The notes beneath the pieces are model-generated. The model saw only the letters and a list, made by a program, of their open reading frames with translations. It made no database searches and was not told where the DNA came from. From positions 1 to 52,611 of the IMG/VR virus record IMGVR_UViG_3300047378_000193: a stretch of DNA of 52,611 nucleotides; one strand, 5' to 3'. Of the stretch, positions 1 to 9,154 are shown piece by piece. The number at the start of each line of letters is the position of its first letter. Positions within the stretch are counted from its first letter, which is position 1. The translations under genes were made by a program, and so were the position numbers. The stretch is from a virus. Lineage: Duplodnaviria > Caudoviricetes.

Positions 1-110
1 TCATAGTATATATCTATTACTTTAGATTTTTGTTCGCTAGTTAGATCACCCCAGTCTTTCTTGAAGAGGTTTCTTGATATTTTTAATAGTGCGTAAGATT
101 TTGTCGCCAT
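1..110 (-). CDS. Small hypothetical early protein, runs off the window edge (MATKSYALLKISRNLFKKDWGDLTSEQKSKVIDIYY...)
   Basis: ATG at 110-108 after an A-rich leader; open to position 1; translated by hand, not in the ORF track. Confidence 0.6.
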   Translation of the reverse strand, partial: MATKSYALLKISRNLFKKDWGDLTSEQKSKVIDIYY

Positions 111-134
111 AATTTTATAGTTTTATTAGTTAGT

Positions 135-174
135 AGTCGTTAGTGGAATCGAACCACCTCTAACCTTTACGACT
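135..174 (-). ncRNA. tRNA-like minihelix (acceptor-like stem plus T-arm, no D or anticodon arm)
   Basis: Minus strand reads AGTCGT-AAAGGTTAGA-GGTGG-TTCGATT-CCACT-A-ACGACT: canonical T-loop, 5-bp stem and 6-bp terminal stem. Confidence 0.5.
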
Positions 175-190
175 TAGTTACTCGATAGTA

Positions 191-418
191 CTATTGTTCT
201 AGTACTTCTCGAGCGATCACTGGTACACTTGTACTTGAAGTATAAGATTTATACTTGATGAAGCACGCCATTGTGTCTAGTTTTGACTTCATTACTTCAT
301 ACACTTTATCGTGATTGTAAGTAACTGTTTTACCATTTTTGAAGTTGACAGTGATTAGTTGATTTTTACCGATTAAAGATTTTCTTATTACAAATCTTTT
401 TGAAATTAAAGTTGACAT
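191..418 (-). CDS. Small basic early protein, paralogue of 777..1007
   Basis: 75 aa; shares SKRF..RKSLI, FKNGKT..YNHD and KYKSYTSSTS with 777..1007; preceded by a promoter-like repeat. Confidence 0.85.
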   Translation of the reverse strand: MSTLISKRFVIRKSLIGKNQLITVNFKNGKTVTYNHDKVYEVMKSKLDTMACFIKYKSYTSSTSVPVIAREVLEQ

Positions 419-447
419 AGTTATTATATTTAAAAGTTATTAATTAT

Positions 448-486
448 TTACATAGTTATTATCCATTGAGTACTGTATTTTGTTTG
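448..486 (-). promoter_or_regulatory. Early promoter-like repeat, copy 1
   Basis: Plus strand TTACATAGTTATTATCCATTGAGTACTGTATTTTGTTTG; aligns without gaps to 577-615 and 1045-1083; about 30 bp upstream of a minus-strand ATG. Confidence 0.7.
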
Positions 487-576
487 AATACGAGTGTACT
501 TTTGTTTATTAGTAGAGAAGTAGTAGATAGTCTTACTCTAAGTCTCTTTGTTTGTAACTTAACTTATTAGTTGTTG

Positions 577-615
577 TTACATATATATTATCAGAGAGCG
601 ACCGTATTATGTTTG
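577..615 (-). promoter_or_regulatory. Early promoter-like repeat, copy 2
   Basis: TTACATATATATTATCAGAGAGCGACCGTATTATGTTTG; same two conserved blocks and spacing. Confidence 0.7.
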
Positions 616-654
616 TAAGAAATATAAAGAAAAGAAGAGCGAAGTGCAGAGTTT

Positions 655-719
655 CTACGAAGTGCTATACACGAGGTGTATTACCTCCACACTCGCGTAG
701 GACGGAGTCTACTCTTCCG
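655..719. other. GC-richer structured intergenic element (nested hairpins)
   Basis: CTACG/CGTAG, AGTG/CACT and GAGGT/ACCTC nested stems, plus a CGGA/TCCG hairpin. Confidence 0.45.
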
Positions 720-776
720 ATTCTATTTCAAGATCAGGCCAATGTAGTTTATTAGATTATCTTACTAGTGCAGTAA

Positions 777-1007
777 TTAGTCTGTAATTAATACAGATCT
801 AACTACTACTGGAATACTAGTTGATGAGGTATATGACTTATACTTTTCCCAACAGTTCATAGTTTCAAGTTTTGCTTTCATAACATTGAAGGCATCGTCA
901 TGATTATACTTTGCAGTCTTTCCATTTTTAAATGTTACTTCAATAATAGTGTTAGTGTTGATTAACGATTTGCGAACTAAGAATCTTTTTGATTGTAATG
1001 TTTTCAT
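777..1007 (-). CDS. Small basic early protein, paralogue of 191..418
   Basis: 76 aa; clear end-to-end similarity to 191..418. Confidence 0.85.
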   Translation of the reverse strand: MKTLQSKRFLVRKSLINTNTIIEVTFKNGKTAKYNHDDAFNVMKAKLETMNCWEKYKSYTSSTSIPVVVRSVLITD

Positions 1008-1044
1008 AATGTAAGTATTTAAGTTTGTTATTAATATGTTTAAG

Positions 1045-1083
1045 TTACATAGATATTATCAAGATTGATCCGTATTTTCTCTG
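1045..1083 (-). promoter_or_regulatory. Early promoter-like repeat, copy 3
   Basis: TTACATAGATATTATCAAGATTGATCCGTATTTTCTCTG; about 38 bp upstream of the ATG at 1007. Confidence 0.7.
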
Positions 1084-1330
1084 AAAAAAAATAGTTTGTA
1101 AATAAAAAGTAAAACATAAAATATATAAAACATAAACAACTGAAAATCAAGGGTATATATACAAAAAACTAAAAAAACAAAGGGGGCCCGCAATTGTAAA
1201 AGTAAAAAGGTAAAACGCTGGTAGTCAAGAAGTTAGGGGGCAACCCCATACCCCTCTATACGTAACGTGTTTTTTAAAACAGTGACATAAGCCTGTTAAG
1301 GTTATATAGTAAGGGGCTATTGTCACACTT
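1084..1330. other. Divergent non-coding region (candidate genome terminus, packaging site or origin)
   Basis: A-tracts at 1084-1215; GGGG-GCAA-CCCC hairpin at 1236-1247; inverted repeat GTGACATAAGCC/GGCTATTGTCAC at 1282-1326; coding strand switches here. Confidence 0.4.
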
Positions 1331-1361
1331 TTTATAATTGTTAGTTGTATTGAACATACAA

Positions 1362-1390
1362 GTAAATAACCGCCTTTTCATGTAAGTATA
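1362..1390 (+). promoter_or_regulatory. Putative late promoter
   Basis: GTAAA...CATGTAAGTATA; the two conserved G residues are 20 nt apart, as at 14465 and 34876 (19 nt at 18830). Confidence 0.45.
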
Positions 1391-1415
1391 TAATGTATAC
1401 ACTAATACTAATCAT

Positions 1416-1685
1416 ATGCCACAAAAACTATCACCTAAAGCTTCAGCAGCTAAAAAGAAACGGGATTTAGCAGCAGCTAACTCAGCAGACAGGAAAGCTA
1501 AAAGAGCTGATAGCCAGAAAAAGCGTAGAGCAGCTACAAAAAAGTATGGTGCAAACTGGCTAAAGGGTAAAGACTACGACCACAATACAGGAAGATTCAC
1601 ATCGACATCTCATAATAGAGGCGGAACACAGTCGAAGAATAAGAAAGATGGTACTAAAGCAGAGAAAAAACAATCAAGAAAGTAA
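1416..1685 (+). CDS. Small basic protein with a truncated HNH-like motif
   Basis: K/R-rich; GKDYDH...SHNRG resembles the GKDVDH...SxNR motif of small phage HNH proteins. Confidence 0.6.
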   Translation: MPQKLSPKASAAKKKRDLAAANSADRKAKRADSQKKRRAATKKYGANWLKGKDYDHNTGRFTSTSHNRGGTQSKNKKDGTKAEKKQSRK

Positions 1686-2384
1686 ATGGCAATAATATAT
1701 TCATATCCTTACGATCAAACAGTAAATGATGCAGACGCATGGGTAGGTACTGACTCCATCACTAGGAAGACTAAGCAGTATACAGCTAAAGCTATAGCAG
1801 ATTATCTAAATATAAAAGGTAAGATAGCTGTCGCTAGTCAAATGAATTATCAATTTATCACAATACCATCAAATAAAGCAGGTACTTTTGCTTTTGCTTC
1901 CGGAAGTGGTGATGGTACAGCGTGGTCAAACATAAGTTCCATAGTAATATCAAACAAAGATCTATCCGGTCAGGTAGTTTCACCTTTTTTAAATTATTTA
2001 GTAGGAGAAAACATATTATTTCAAGACGTATCTGCTAAAGGATCTTTTGGTCATTATAAAATGACAGGGTATACTCAAATCGGTACAACAGATTTCTACA
2101 CATTGACTCTACAATACATAGGTGGTAGCGGTTCTATAAATATAGATCACTACTATACTATTGTAAATTTCACTCTTCAAAGCCTTTCTGATAAAACTTT
2201 CGTATATGAGCAAGTGGTACCAGGAATAACATGGAATATTCAACATGATTTAGATAAGTTTCCTTCTATAACAGTAGTAGACACTGCTGAGACGGTAGTG
2301 GTAGGAGATTATACTTATATAGACAAAAACAACGTAACACTAAACTTCTCAGCTCAATTCGCTGGTAAAGCATACTTAAACTAA
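1686..2384 (+). CDS. Virion structural protein (tail or fibre base)
   Basis: 232 aa; C-terminal WNIQHDLDKFPSITVVD...FAGKAYLN domain typical of phage tail-associated proteins. Confidence 0.65.
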   Translation: MAIIYSYPYDQTVNDADAWVGTDSITRKTKQYTAKAIADYLNIKGKIAVASQMNYQFITIPSNKAGTFAFASGSGDGTAWSNISSIVISNKDLSGQVVSPFLNYLVGENILFQDVSAKGSFGHYKMTGYTQIGTTDFYTLTLQYIGGSGSINIDHYYTIVNFTLQSLSDKTFVYEQVVPGITWNIQHDLDKFPSITVVDTAETVVVGDYTYIDKNNVTLNFSAQFAGKAYLN

Positions 2385-2406
2385 AAACAATATAAAATAA
2401 AAAACA

Positions 2407-4101
2407 ATGGCAATTAATTATTTAAACACGGTTAATCTTAATAAGAACCAATTAGAAAACGCCGCAATACAAAATCTATCTTCGGATCCAGCTTCAGGGG
2501 TATTAGGTCAAGTATACTTTAACACAAGCGACGGGGTATTAAAAATATGTACAACAGCAGGTAGTCCAACTGGCGCTGTTTGGTCTGAAGTAGGTGGTGG
2601 TGTTGAAACACTGATCACAACTGATGGTACTTACATCGATCTAACACCTAACGCAGCATCTACTGGAGATGTAACAGTTACCGCTGATTTGTCCGCTGTA
2701 GATGGGACAGCTGCTTCAACAGTTAGATTCTTAACTAAAGATAACAAGTGGGCGGTACCCGCTTTTGATGATTACTCAAGTTGGTCATTAGAAGGTGATA
2801 GTGGAACCGCTGAGACTGTAAGTTCTGGAGAAACTGTAGATATTGCTGGTGGATTAAAAATAACCACTGATATAGCTGCTAATAGAACCTTAAACATAGT
2901 TCACGACTTACAAGCTCAAGCAGATACCACATCGACTGCAACTCCAGCTTATGGAGGAACTTTCACCACAATTGATACTGTTACAAGAGATACAACAGGT
3001 CACGTTACTGGTATAAACGTAAAAACAGTAACAATACCCGCAGCTGAAGATTACACGTTTATTGTAACAGCTGATTCAGGAACTGATCAAACAATAGATA
3101 ATGGCGATACTCTAGATATAGCCGGTGGTACTAATATAACCACAGTTGTTGGAGCAACAGATACGGTAACGGTAAATTTAGATGATAGTATAGATCTAGC
3201 AGGTGAATTAACAGTATCTGGAACCGGGCAATCAAGTGTTGCGGGTCAATTAACAATACCACAAACTCCTTCAGCTGATACAGACGCTGCTTCAAAACAC
3301 TATGTTGACCAAGCGGTAACTGGAGCATTAAGCTATCAAGGTGGTTATGACGCATCGACAAACTCACCTGATCTAGATACAAATTCTAGTATTGAAGTTA
3401 AAAAAGGTTGGACATACACTGTTACAGCGGATGGTTTATTCTTTACAGAACAGGTAAGAGTAGGTGATGTACTTATTTCTGAAGCTGATCAAGCCGCAGG
3501 TGCTAGTGCTTTAGCTAACTGGACAACGGTTCAAAACAATGTTGATCTAGCTGATGCTTCAACAGTTGGTATTGGAAATGTAGTTCCTGGAACTAGCGCA
3601 ACAGTAACTGCACCATACTCAAACGGTACAGCTACTTTAGATGTTGTAGATTCTACAGCTAGTCAAAAAGGTGCTGTAATAGTCGCAGAGTCAGATCCTA
3701 TAGAAGTTTCATACGCGAGTGGAACTGCAACTGTTAGTATAAAAGATTCAGCTGCTGCTCAAAAAGGAGCTGTGATCGTTGCTGGTGGAACTGGTATATC
3801 AGTTGCTTACGCTTCAGGTACAGCTACCGTGTCTGCTACTGCTAACGGTGCAAGACAAGATTTACTTTCTACTGATTCTAATGTTACTAGAACAGAGGCT
3901 AACGGTATAACAACTTTCGCGTTAGATGTCGGAGCAATACTAGGTTCAACTAGTGCTTTAGATGTTAAAGCTGAAATTATATCTGCTGCGGGTCAAACAG
4001 TTTACACAGATATAACAAGATCAGGTACTACTTTAAATGTTATATTTACAGGTTCTGTAGCTGATTCTGCTTACCAAGCTTTGCTTATTGACATAGCGTA
4101 A
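2407..4101 (+). CDS. Tail fibre-like structural protein
   Basis: 564 aa, T/G/A/D-rich; internal repeats (DSGT.QTI..G.T.DIAGG; SQKGAVIVA); DAASKHYVD fibre motif. Confidence 0.75.
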   Translation: MAINYLNTVNLNKNQLENAAIQNLSSDPASGVLGQVYFNTSDGVLKICTTAGSPTGAVWSEVGGGVETLITTDGTYIDLTPNAASTGDVTVTADLSAVDGTAASTVRFLTKDNKWAVPAFDDYSSWSLEGDSGTAETVSSGETVDIAGGLKITTDIAANRTLNIVHDLQAQADTTSTATPAYGGTFTTIDTVTRDTTGHVTGINVKTVTIPAAEDYTFIVTADSGTDQTIDNGDTLDIAGGTNITTVVGATDTVTVNLDDSIDLAGELTVSGTGQSSVAGQLTIPQTPSADTDAASKHYVDQAVTGALSYQGGYDASTNSPDLDTNSSIEVKKGWTYTVTADGLFFTEQVRVGDVLISEADQAAGASALANWTTVQNNVDLADASTVGIGNVVPGTSATVTAPYSNGTATLDVVDSTASQKGAVIVAESDPIEVSYASGTATVSIKDSAAAQKGAVIVAGGTGISVAYASGTATVSATANGARQDLLSTDSNVTRTEANGITTFALDVGAILGSTSALDVKAEIISAAGQTVYTDITRSGTTLNVIFTGSVADSAYQALLIDIA

Positions 4102-4118
4102 CAACAAACTCAAATTAA

Positions 4119-7100
4119 ATGGCGATAAATTTTTTAAATACAGTCGCGGTAGACGAAAGCGTACTATTCGTAGATACAATTAATGACCGAGTAGGTGTTG
4201 GAACTTCCACACCTGGCTCGGTATTAGATGTCCAGGGAACGCAAGGGCAATTATTTTCTGTAACTGACGACTTGTCAGGAGAGATATTTGCCGTGTCTGA
4301 TATTTCGGGAGTACCTATTATGACCGTTAACTCAAGCGGTGTATCTTATTTTGACGGTAATGTAGGTATAGGTACTACTAGTCCTACAGCTCCGTTAGAT
4401 GTAAACGGGGTAATAAGATCTAGAGGAGGTTCCTACTCAGCAGATACTGACACTAAAACAGATGTTGGACTTGTAATACCTGAAAATGATTTTATATATA
4501 CAGCTGATGGTTCTGATTATTTAAGACGATTGATTGGGAAAACTAGTGATGTTATTCAGATTGGAGAACCTGGAACTTCCCTTATAGATGGTATAAATTT
4601 AAAACCTGGAACCACAGGAGGTTATGTACAGGTATTTAACAATAATTCTATTGTTGCTAAATTTGTAGATGGTAGACTAGGTATCGGAAATACTAGTCCT
4701 GGGGCTAAGTTACATATTGACAGCGGGGATTTAGGTACAACAAACAACAACACAACTACTCAAGCTATATTTTCTGCAGACAATGCTAACGTGTCTAAAT
4801 TATACATACAAGATTATAGAACTGCAGATGGGAGCGATTGGACGACTTCTGGAAAAAGAATTCAAGAAAAAATTGATTCTACTTGGATGGGGTATGTTCA
4901 GTTCAATGGAGATTCGAACAATGGTGGTATGTCTTTTGGAACAGGAACAAATTCAACCCAAGGAAGTGTAGCGGAAAGAATGCGTATCACCTCCACTGGT
5001 AGTGTAGGTATAGGTGCTACTAATCCATTAGAAGAGCTAGATGTTAGATCTACATCATTCTCTACAGTAGCTGTTTCAACAGATAGAAATTCAGCTACGG
5101 AGAACATTGGTTCTTTTGCTTTCTATGGTCGTAATAATGCTACAACTCCAGAGAGATTACTATATACAAGGGTTATGTCAAGTATGTCAAGTGTCACCGA
5201 TGGAGCTGAAAGCGGTGATATTTACTTTCAACAAATAGACAATGGAACAGTCGGTGAAACTGTTAGGATTTTATCAAGTGGAAATGTAGGTATAGGGACT
5301 GCGAGCCCTACAGCTGATTTACATGTTCAAGGATCTTCTGAAACAGATGTACCAATATTAAGAGTCGGAGGTTTTGGAAATTCAGGATCCAAACTAGAAC
5401 TTGCTGAGACTTTAACTAATGGAGATATGAACTACGGTTTTTCGTTTTTTAACGACGGAAACAGTAGTAATACTCTAATGATTAAAGCTCACCAAAACAG
5501 CACCACTGGTACTACAGCTATAACTATAAATAGAACTAACGCCCTTACTACTTTCAGCACAGTTCCAATAGTAGGTACAAGAACCGCTGGAGATAACTCA
5601 ACATACGCAGCTTCAACTGCTTATGTAGATGCGGCAACAGGGGCTATTCCTATCGGGGACTACTTACCACTAGCTGGTGGTACAATGTCAGGTGATATAA
5701 ACATGGCAGGTAATAGTATAACTGGTTCCAATTACAATATAAGTGGAGTAAATCAACTTACCATAAATGATCCAGGTGAAGGTATTGTGTTTAGTGGTAC
5801 TACAAACGTAAATCTTTATGTTATAGACGACACTACAGACAGTATTGTAAACTTTGATAACGCTAGTGAAATAAGAAGAAATGGTGTTAGAGTAGCTGAT
5901 GTCCCTTATGTAGCTTCAAGAAGTCAACAATTAATGACAAATTACAATGGGTTGCTAGGAAACAATTATAATTTTCCTGGCTGGACTTTTGACGGTGAAG
6001 AGGCTAATTATTCCCCAGGCTCTTTTAAATTTGTCGGTAGTTCTGGTAATTCATTTACTTCAGAGTATATGGCAGTTGACACTGCTTATAAATATAAAAT
6101 GTCTCTTGACGCTAAAACTTTAAATGGAGTAGGAAGATACTATTGCATGACTCTATGTTATGATGTTGATAAGAACCAGATCAACGCACAACATCACATG
6201 TATAGAGCTAATACCTCTACTACTTTAGCTGTAGCTTTAAATCCCGGAGATACAACTGTAACTTTAGCAGGTACAGGATCTAATTGGTACGATGGAGGTA
6301 CAGCGGGTGTAAGTACACATCTAAGATCTCTTATAATATGGGAATACACAAATAGTCATGGTTATACTTACCCTCCAGAAACATACTCAAGATTATGGTA
6401 TGGTAACGCTTGGGATCCAAACAGTATAAATGGCAACGTTATAACGCTTAGAACTGCGTGGACAGGGCCTTCTTATCCAGTAGGTACTCGATTAAGCAAT
6501 GGTAGTGCAGGTGGATCTTACAAATACAATGTAATGTCTAACACCTTGTTAACTACTGATTGGGTGCAGTACTCAGGTTTTATGGACGGTGTTGATTTAT
6601 CAGGTACTAATGTGTCTAGTAAATTTCCTCCAGGTACAGCTCAAATCAAGATGGGTTTTTTACCTAACTACAATTCTGGTGCCACAGGTGCTGATACCAT
6701 TTGGATTACTAATTTTAACGTTGGAATTGATACTGTACTTACTAAAGGTGATCAGAGCATTGCCGGCACAAAAACGTTTACAACAGTACCGGTTGTTGGG
6801 ACCATGGCGGTAACTGATGATTCTACCTCTGCTGCTTCTACTGCTTGGGTAAAAGATCAAGCGTATATAACTTCAGCTTCAGTTGGTGACGGGGAAATAA
6901 ACGGAGCAACCTCTGGTCTTGGTATTTCTGGCTCAATGAGTGCTACAGCAAATCAAGCTGGTAATACTACATTTACAGTAACATCAAATGCTGCAACAGC
7001 TGCAACGGCTAATACTATCGCGTATAGAGATAGCTCTGCTGACCTTACCGCAAGATTATTTAGAGCTAATTATGCAAATCAGAACACAATAAGCGGGGCA

Positions 7101-7799
7101 ATGGCTTTTAGGGTTAACAATGGTACAGATAATTACACGCGTTATTGCAGTAGCTCTTCTGCTATTAGAACGTTTTTAGGAGTACCTGCTTCAGGAGATT
7201 TAAACAATTACTTACTAAACACAACAGATACGTTTACTGGCTCATTAATTATAGACGGAGACATAAGAGGTAATGGCCAGCAGCTTATATTAAACGCAGG
7301 TGAATCCGGTAGCTACGCTACGGGGCAGACAAATGAACATGTTTATATTAACGCAGAAGGAGGATTAATTGTAAGCTCTTCTCCGGATAACTGGGGTAGT
7401 GGTTGGGCAGGTAGAAATACAGCTCATATAAATAAAGCAGATGCATCATCATATTTACCTGGTGATTTATCAATAGCTTCAGCTTTACTCTCTAACCAAG
7501 AAAACACAGATATAGATACAGGAGCTGAAGTAGTTGCTCAGGTTGCACACGCTACCTATACAGCAGCTTTCTTTGACTTTGTAGTTAAGAAAGGTACAAA
7601 TGTAAGATCAGGTACAGTTTATGCTTGCCACAATGGAGATACAACTCCTTTAGTAGAATTTACAGAAACATCGACAAATGACTTAGGTGACACATCGGAT
7701 GTTACATTAAGTGTAGATATATCAGGAGCTAATATGAGGTTGTTAGCAACAGTGACTTCAGATGATTGGAGTGTTAAATCATTAATAAGAGCAATATAA
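4119..7799 (+). CDS. Tail fibre / receptor-binding protein
   Basis: 1226 aa; multiple GNVGIGTTSP repeats; YLPLAGGTMSG and ASTAYVD fibre motifs; possible carbohydrate-binding insert. Confidence 0.85.
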   Translation: MAINFLNTVAVDESVLFVDTINDRVGVGTSTPGSVLDVQGTQGQLFSVTDDLSGEIFAVSDISGVPIMTVNSSGVSYFDGNVGIGTTSPTAPLDVNGVIRSRGGSYSADTDTKTDVGLVIPENDFIYTADGSDYLRRLIGKTSDVIQIGEPGTSLIDGINLKPGTTGGYVQVFNNNSIVAKFVDGRLGIGNTSPGAKLHIDSGDLGTTNNNTTTQAIFSADNANVSKLYIQDYRTADGSDWTTSGKRIQEKIDSTWMGYVQFNGDSNNGGMSFGTGTNSTQGSVAERMRITSTGSVGIGATNPLEELDVRSTSFSTVAVSTDRNSATENIGSFAFYGRNNATTPERLLYTRVMSSMSSVTDGAESGDIYFQQIDNGTVGETVRILSSGNVGIGTASPTADLHVQGSSETDVPILRVGGFGNSGSKLELAETLTNGDMNYGFSFFNDGNSSNTLMIKAHQNSTTGTTAITINRTNALTTFSTVPIVGTRTAGDNSTYAASTAYVDAATGAIPIGDYLPLAGGTMSGDINMAGNSITGSNYNISGVNQLTINDPGEGIVFSGTTNVNLYVIDDTTDSIVNFDNASEIRRNGVRVADVPYVASRSQQLMTNYNGLLGNNYNFPGWTFDGEEANYSPGSFKFVGSSGNSFTSEYMAVDTAYKYKMSLDAKTLNGVGRYYCMTLCYDVDKNQINAQHHMYRANTSTTLAVALNPGDTTVTLAGTGSNWYDGGTAGVSTHLRSLIIWEYTNSHGYTYPPETYSRLWYGNAWDPNSINGNVITLRTAWTGPSYPVGTRLSNGSAGGSYKYNVMSNTLLTTDWVQYSGFMDGVDLSGTNVSSKFPPGTAQIKMGFLPNYNSGATGADTIWITNFNVGIDTVLTKGDQSIAGTKTFTTVPVVGTMAVTDDSTSAASTAWVKDQAYITSASVGDGEINGATSGLGISGSMSATANQAGNTTFTVTSNAATAATANTIAYRDSSADLTARLFRANYANQNTISGAMAFRVNNGTDNYTRYCSSSSAIRTFLGVPASGDLNNYLLNTTDTFTGSLIIDGDIRGNGQQLILNAGESGSYATGQTNEHVYINAEGGLIVSSSPDNWGSGWAGRNTAHINKADASSYLPGDLSIASALLSNQENTDIDTGAEVVAQVAHATYTAAFFDFVVKKGTNVRSGTVYACHNGDTTPLVEFTETSTNDLGDTSDVTLSVDISGANMRLLATVTSDDWSVKSLIRAI

Positions 7800-7800
7800 T

Positions 7801-8520
7801 ATGGGATTTTATAGAGGGCCAAATATAGTAACGGATGGATTAGAACTTGTAGTTGATATTGCAAGTGAAAGATCTTATCCAGGTTCAGGTACAACAGCAA
7901 CTTGTTTAATTTCCGGAAAAACATTTACCCCAGATGTTAATGCACCTACTTTTGTTACAACGGGTATAGCGCATATGGATATGGAAAAAGACAACCCAGA
8001 TAATTTAAAATCTACTTCTGGCTACACGGGTATAAACACGCAAAATGCTTATACAAGAATTGGTTGGTTTAATATAGAGTCATCTGATGGTAATTTTAAA
8101 CCTATTATTGGTAACGTTGTAGGAAACAATATAAACATGGGTTTAACTATCGCTAATTATAGATTACATTTTCGTCAATACAGTAATTCTGCGAGTGGAG
8201 GAACAAGTAGTGGAGACTATGGTGTTAGTGGAACTGCACAAATACCTGCTAATACTTGGGCACAAGGAGCTATAGTTGTTAATAGATCAGCTCAAACATT
8301 AAAGTTTTATATTAATGGTGTTTTAGATAAAAGTACATCTATACCAGCAATAGGAAACTCAAATAGCGATTATGTTTTAATTGGTGGACCTGATAGTGAT
8401 TCTTATAGTGGAGCAAGATATTTTGACGGTAAAATAGCTCGCGTATCACATTACAACAGAGAACTAACAGTAGCAGAAATTGCTCAAGACTATAACGCAT
8501 TAAAATCAAGATTTATATAA
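7801..8520 (+). CDS. LamG / concanavalin-A-like lectin-domain virion protein
   Basis: TDGL.L..D, FYINGVLD and FDGKIARVSHYNREL are LamG_3-type motifs. Confidence 0.75.
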   Translation: MGFYRGPNIVTDGLELVVDIASERSYPGSGTTATCLISGKTFTPDVNAPTFVTTGIAHMDMEKDNPDNLKSTSGYTGINTQNAYTRIGWFNIESSDGNFKPIIGNVVGNNINMGLTIANYRLHFRQYSNSASGGTSSGDYGVSGTAQIPANTWAQGAIVVNRSAQTLKFYINGVLDKSTSIPAIGNSNSDYVLIGGPDSDSYSGARYFDGKIARVSHYNRELTVAEIAQDYNALKSRFI

Positions 8521-8521
8521 C

Positions 8522-9154
8522 ATGGGAGCATACGGAGGACCAAATATAATAACGGATGGGTTAGTGCTAGCATTAGACGCGGGTAGTGAAAGAAGCTATC
8601 CAGGTACGGGAACTACTTGGTATGATTTATCAGGGCAAAACGCTCATGCAGAAGCTGTTAATATGCCTACCTGGAATTCAAATGGGTATTTTGAATTTGA
8701 TGGTACAAATGACGAATTTCATAGTGTAGATATGTCTCAAGAATATAGAGATTTATTTTTTGTATTTGAATCAGATGATGCTGGTGGCGGATTGAGTATG
8801 TTATTTGGAAAATATAACGATCAAGATGACTCAATGAGATTTAATAATGGTGAAATAAATTCAGTTCCAGATATAAATGATTGGCAGTATGGATCAGTTT
8901 CTGACGTTTTTATAAATGGTGAAACAGACGCTTTATCTTCAGGTAACTATGATCTGGGTGGAAAAATGAACTTTGTTAGAAGCTATAGAAGTAACACTAG
9001 CGGCTTTGGCACTTCGTTTAGATACGAAATATCATCTTCTTTTTACGATAGAAGATTAAAGGGGAATTTAGCGCTAATACTTTGCTATAATAGAAAATTA
9101 ACTGATGCGGAAGTATCTAAAAATTATAACGCACTAAAATCAAGATTTATATAA
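8522..9154 (+). CDS. LamG-like lectin protein, paralogue of 7801..8520
   Basis: Shared GPNI.TDGL N-terminus and YNALKSRFI C-terminus; YFEFDGTND. Confidence 0.75.
   Translation: MGAYGGPNIITDGLVLALDAGSERSYPGTGTTWYDLSGQNAHAEAVNMPTWNSNGYFEFDGTNDEFHSVDMSQEYRDLFFVFESDDAGGGLSMLFGKYNDQDDSMRFNNGEINSVPDINDWQYGSVSDVFINGETDALSSGNYDLGGKMNFVRSYRSNTSGFGTSFRYEISSSFYDRRLKGNLALILCYNRKLTDAEVSKNYNALKSRFI

Noticed and set aside
135-174. Complete tRNA gene or integration site
   Set aside because: No D arm or anticodon arm, and no integrase in the window
448-1083. CRISPR mini-array
   Set aside because: The repeats are degenerate with variable centres, irregularly spaced and separated by genes; a promoter interpretation fits better
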